NCBI GenBank assembly: GCA_025057205.1 | Contig: JANWXR010000003.1 | Span: 1 to 35,584 of the forward strand | Source of the DNA: Anaerolineales bacterium | Lineage (GTDB): Bacteria > Chloroflexota > Anaerolineae > Anaerolineales > UBA6663 | Direction of reading: 5' to 3' | DNA length: 35,584 nucleotides | Part shown: in pieces, positions 32,225 through 35,584 of the stretch | Numbering within the stretch: position 1 is the first letter of the stretch | Layout of the letters: every line of letters begins with the position of its first letter | Notes under the pieces: model-generated | Told to the model about the DNA's origin: nothing | The model's database searches: none | The model's input: only the letters and a program-made list of their open reading frames with translations | Position numbers and translations under genes: made by a program

Positions 32225-34048
32225 TTACGGGATGTCGAGTTCCTTCAGCTTGCTCTCCGGAACGACGCCGTTCTCCCAGCCGCGCGCCTTGTAGTACTCT
32301 TCCAACATCAGGTCGAGTTCGCAGACGTGGCCCTTTGAACCGGCCATGGTCGAAGGCTCGGTGGTAAAGCGCTTGGGCAGATAGTCCGAGCCTTCACGGA
32401 AGCCAGCCAGATTGTTGTAGTAGCGCTCCAGGTTGTAGATGCGCTCGCCGCTCTTCAGCACATCATCCGCCGTGAAGGGCACGCCGACAATGGCGGAGTA
32501 TTGCTGCGCATACTCCTCGGCGCCCTCGGCGAAGGCGCTGAACTTACACAGGTCGAGGCTGTCCGAGAAGGCGTGCACGTCCTGGAAGACCTTGGTCAGC
32601 TCGCCCTTGCCCTTCCAGGCCAGCGGGTCCACTTTGAGCGAGCCGAAGGGCATCACGCCCAGTTCCGCTGCTGGGGTGTAGGCGCGCAGGTGACAGGCGC
32701 CGCGGTTGCTGGTGGCGTAGGCGATGCCCATGCCCTTCAGCCCGCGCGGATCGTAGGCGGGGACGCCCTGGCCCTTGACCGTCATGGCGATCTCCGGATG
32801 GCCGAAGTATTTGGCAACCGCGTCCGCGCCATCCGCCAGGATGTTGCCGAAGCCTTCGCGTAGCGCGATCTTGCGCACGGCTTCCACCATGCCGAAAATA
32901 TCGCCCCACCTCAGACTGCCGGAGCCGTCGGTCCAGCCCTTCTCGGTGGCCTCCATCCACACCCCGAGCGGGTGGCCGGTCTCGATGGCATCCAGACCGT
33001 AATCGTTGCACAGGTCAATCATCTTGGCGACCGTGGCCACATCGTTATTGCCCAGGTTCGCGCCCAACGACCAGGCCGGCTCATACTCCACGCTCTCCAT
33101 GCGCAGGCCCTTCCATGGCCCTTCTTTGATCTCGACCTCCTTCTTGCAAGCCACCGGGCAGGCGTGACAAGTCGGGTCATCCACGAGGAGATGCTCCTTG
33201 ACGTACTCGCCGCTGATCTTCTCGGCGTCCGCGCCGAAGGAGGTCAGCATGCTGTTCTTGGTCGGCAGGGCACCCATGTTGCTGGTGATGTTCATGAGCA
33301 CATTGGTGCCGTAAACCGAGAGGCCGCCCTTGCGCGGGCTGGTGATGTTTTCCGGCGCCATGATCGCCTTGAGGGCGCGCTCGTGCGCTGCCTTCCAGGC
33401 ATCCTTGTCGGCGGGCTTGGGCATCTTCTTCTCGGCCTTAATGACAATGGCCTTGAGCTTCTTGCTGCCGCCCACGCAGCCGGTGCCACCGCGGCCCGAG
33501 GCGCGGTCGTTCTCGTTCACCCAGCAGGCGAACTTCACCAGGTTCTCGCCGGCCGGGCCGATGGCGATGACGGTCAGATCCTTCTCGCCGTACTTCTGCT
33601 GGAAGTGCTTGACCGTGTCGTGCACACCTTTGCCCCAGACCTCGGAAGCATCGTGTAATTCAACGACTCCGTCATGGACATAGGCATACACTGGCTTTTC
33701 CGACTTGCCCTTGAAGATGAGGCCATCGAAGCCTGCCCAGCGCAGGCGCGCCGCGCTCCAGCCGCCATGATGGCTGTCGGTGACGGTGCCGGTGAGCGGT
33801 GACTTGGTGACGATGGCCATGCGGCCGCTCAGATTAGCTTCGGTGCCGGTGAGCGGCCCGTTCATGAAACACAACAGGTTGTCCGGGCCAAGCGGGTCTA
33901 CCTGCGGCCCAGCCTCGAAGACATAGCGGACTCCCAGACCGCGCCCGCCGATGTACTTCCGCTTCCAGTCTTCTGGAATGGGCTTGTATTCCACCGTTCC
34001 GGCGGACAGGTCAATGTGGCCAATTCGATCAGCGTAACCTCCAAGCAT
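32225..34048 (-). CDS. aor: Aldehyde:ferredoxin oxidoreductase (tungstopterin enzyme family)
   Basis: The start is taken at ATG 34048 (MLGGYADRIGHIDLS), preceded by a GAGGAGG SD. Motifs include SPLTG, ASGRGGTG, DPTCHACPVAC (4Fe-4S Cys), EYEPAWSLG, CNDYGLDAIETG and DSLDLCKF. Confidence 0.93.
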   Translation of the reverse strand: MLGGYADRIGHIDLSAGTVEYKPIPEDWKRKYIGGRGLGVRYVFEAGPQVDPLGPDNLLCFMNGPLTGTEANLSGRMAIVTKSPLTGTVTDSHHGGWSAARLRWAGFDGLIFKGKSEKPVYAYVHDGVVELHDASEVWGKGVHDTVKHFQQKYGEKDLTVIAIGPAGENLVKFACWVNENDRASGRGGTGCVGGSKKLKAIVIKAEKKMPKPADKDAWKAAHERALKAIMAPENITSPRKGGLSVYGTNVLMNITSNMGALPTKNSMLTSFGADAEKISGEYVKEHLLVDDPTCHACPVACKKEVEIKEGPWKGLRMESVEYEPAWSLGANLGNNDVATVAKMIDLCNDYGLDAIETGHPLGVWMEATEKGWTDGSGSLRWGDIFGMVEAVRKIALREGFGNILADGADAVAKYFGHPEIAMTVKGQGVPAYDPRGLKGMGIAYATSNRGACHLRAYTPAAELGVMPFGSLKVDPLAWKGKGELTKVFQDVHAFSDSLDLCKFSAFAEGAEEYAQQYSAIVGVPFTADDVLKSGERIYNLERYYNNLAGFREGSDYLPKRFTTEPSTMAGSKGHVCELDLMLEEYYKARGWENGVVPESKLKELDIP

Positions 34049-34092
34049 AGAAGCCTCCTCTAAGGTGTGGAGTGTGGGGTGAATTAAACACA

Positions 34093-34125
34093 ACAGGCGT
34101 TATGCTCACAGTGCGCAACGCCTGT
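34093..34125 (-). promoter_or_regulatory. Hairpin in the AOR 5' leader (attenuator candidate)
   Basis: ACAGGCGTT-15 nt-AACGCCTGT is a 9-bp stem. On the minus strand it is followed by UGUGUUUAAUUC, about 30 nt upstream of the SD. Confidence 0.3.
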
Positions 34126-34258
34126 CTTGTTTTCGCTCGAGCCGAGCAGGCTCCCTTCAGGATTGTCTGGTGGGTAGACTTGAAGGACACGACACACCTA
34201 TGTTAGTGTCTTACCGGGTTATGATGCGATGCTGTTTGCCGCAAATGTACCATGATTT

Positions 34259-34381
34259 GTAACTGCTCAGCCTGTCTGATTGATCCACAGATTACGCAGA
34301 TTTTCGCAGAAAAGAATCTGTGACAATCTGCGACATCTGTGGATTCCCCAGCCTATCGGCGATTATGACCTGAGCAGTTAC
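34259..34381 (-). mobile_element. 123-bp MITE, copy B (inverted relative to copy A, 121/123 identical)
   Basis: The reverse complement matches copy A except at 2 positions. It has the same 12-bp TIRs. There is no matching flanking duplication (catgattt / caatagtc). Confidence 0.75.
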
Positions 34382-34496
34382 CAATAGTCAACTGAGCGAA
34401 GTCGTCGTTGTGCGAACGGATGAGACTGGCGGCTCCCAACTGCAACTCTGGGTCAGGCCGGATAGCGGAGCCGCTAGCTGAGGCCGCCCCGTCTTT

Positions 34497-35015
34497 GTGC
34501 TGCGCGACCGGGCCAATACAGCCCATCGAATTTGCCAGGGACGGAGTGCCCAACAAGTGGGCAAAAAAGGCCGCGACAAGGGGCGGTGGAGCGTTGGCGT
34601 CAAGCTCTGTTGGCTCCTAAACCAGGCGGGGCGCGTGGTGGCTTGGGACTGGAATACCCTGAACGTGCACGACCAATGCTTTAACCCACTCGTCCGGCCG
34701 TTCAGCGGTCAAACCATCGTCCCGGCAGATGAAGGGTTCCGCGACAAAGACGGCATTCCGGAGAACATGAAGCTTTGCAAGCGGAGAACCTGGAATGAGC
34801 GGATGTGCCTGGAAACCGCTTTTTCGTTGCTGACGGTAGTCTGCGGCCTGAAGAAAATCCGGCATCGCTTGGTGAGATACAATCAATCCCGTTTGGCCTT
34901 CATCTTGGCGATGTTCAATGTGCTCTGGATTTATTTCACTTTCTCCACCCAGACGCCATGCCTCACCCGATGTCCATTGCCGAGTTCGCTCTCTAAAACT
35001 AGCACCAAAGGTTAA
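34497..35015 (+). pseudogene. C-terminal fragment of a DDE transposase (IS4/IS5-like superfamily)
   Basis: The sequence is GKKGRDKGRWSVGVKLCWLLNQAGRVVAWDWNTLNVHD...ADEGF...LKLCKRRTWNERMCLETAFSLLTVVCGLKKIRHR...RLAFILAMFNVL. It lacks the N-terminal two thirds and begins just after MITE copy B. Confidence 0.6.
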
Positions 35016-35037
35016 TTAGAGCGCCATGCGAGTTGGT

Positions 35038-35584
35038 TTACGACAGAGCATAGCCGCAATGAGCGAACCATCCCCGGATGTCTTGGCGCGAGATCGAGCG
35101 GAAAGCATCGGCCAGGGCATCCAGCAGCGCGTCGAGCGTGCGGGCCTTGGCCGCCCGCAGCGCCGCCTTGACCTTCGACCAGCACTGCTCGATCGGGTTC
35201 AGGTCGGGCGAGTAGGGTGGCAAGAACTCCAGCCGTGCCCCCCGCGCTTCAATCAACTCGACCACGCGTGGGCTCTTGTGCGCCTTCAAGTTATCCAGCA
35301 CGACAATGTCGCCTGCGCGCAAGGTCGGGGCCAAGATGTGTTCGACGTACCCTTCGAAGGTGGCCGTATTCATCGCGCCTTCGATCACCCACGGGGCCGT
35401 CAATCCGCGCCCGCCCAGGGCGGCCACGACGGTGTAGTGCGCGCCGGAGACCCCCGGCGTCCCTTCGACCACGCGCTCGCCCGGGGCGGCCCGGCCGTAC
35501 AGGCGCGTCAGCCCCAGATTCACCCCGAATTCATCGAGAAAGCGCAAGCGAGGCTGCCGCTTGGCCCATTCGTTTTTCACCTTT
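35038..35584 (-). mobile_element. IS630/Tc1-mariner family transposase, DDE_3 domain (5' part beyond the window end)
   Basis: The sequence is FLDEFGVNLGLTRLYGRAPGERV...IVVLDNLKAHKSPRVVELIEARGARLEFLPPYSPDLNPIEQCWSKVK. The ORF is open to the window edge. Confidence 0.85.

Noticed and set aside
34130-34160. CTCGAGCCGAGCAGGCTC word resembling the conserved CUCCGAGCC core I recall from the Moco riboswitch.
   Set aside because: It reads that way only on the plus strand, whereas the downstream AOR gene is on the minus strand. My recollection of the consensus is also not precise enough to call it.

Overview
High-GC bacterial chromosomal window. The protein flavour (Uma2 nucleases, TP-rich linkers, giant TPR protein) suggests Chloroflexota-like, which is inference only. 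Almost all real genes are on the minus strand; the many long plus-strand ORFs are GC-driven shadow ORFs. Backbone: a co-directional nucleotide-biosynthesis array pyrC-pyrB-pyrF::pyrE-pyrD-purH-[Uma2 nuclease, ABC-type AAA ATPase, DUF4276/TOPRIM-like protein]-guaB, spanning 14772 down to 4409. Upstream of it lies a membrane DsbA-like oxidoreductase whose CxxC active site reads U-P-F-C through an in-frame TGA, a candidate selenoprotein. Also present: a 1322-aa TPR protein with a PDWL motif array, an HDAC-family deacetylase, a decayed STAND-NTPase pseudogene, a secreted metzincin, a PA-IL-like lectin and an SPFH protein. An ECF sigma / anti-sigma pair is split by a 426-bp repeat-dense spacer. A tungsten-type cluster holds a divergent AOR paralogue, a MoaD-like GG protein, a small coupled ORF and a canonical AOR. 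Mobile DNA comprises two 98%-identical 123-bp MITEs in inverted orientation, a DDE transposase fragment, a partial IS630 transposase and an HTH transposase remnant. Best candidate for an uncharacterised system: the translationally coupled, lower-GC ATPase + DUF4276-like pair (5901-7711), a split OLD/PARIS-like architecture wedged between purH and guaB. Other notable signals are the Sec-DsbA, a promoter/leader-ORF/terminator attenuator in front of pyrC, and a pervasive family of 7-bp and 10-bp periodic G-poor repeat arrays that abut start codons and in places run in-frame into coding sequence.
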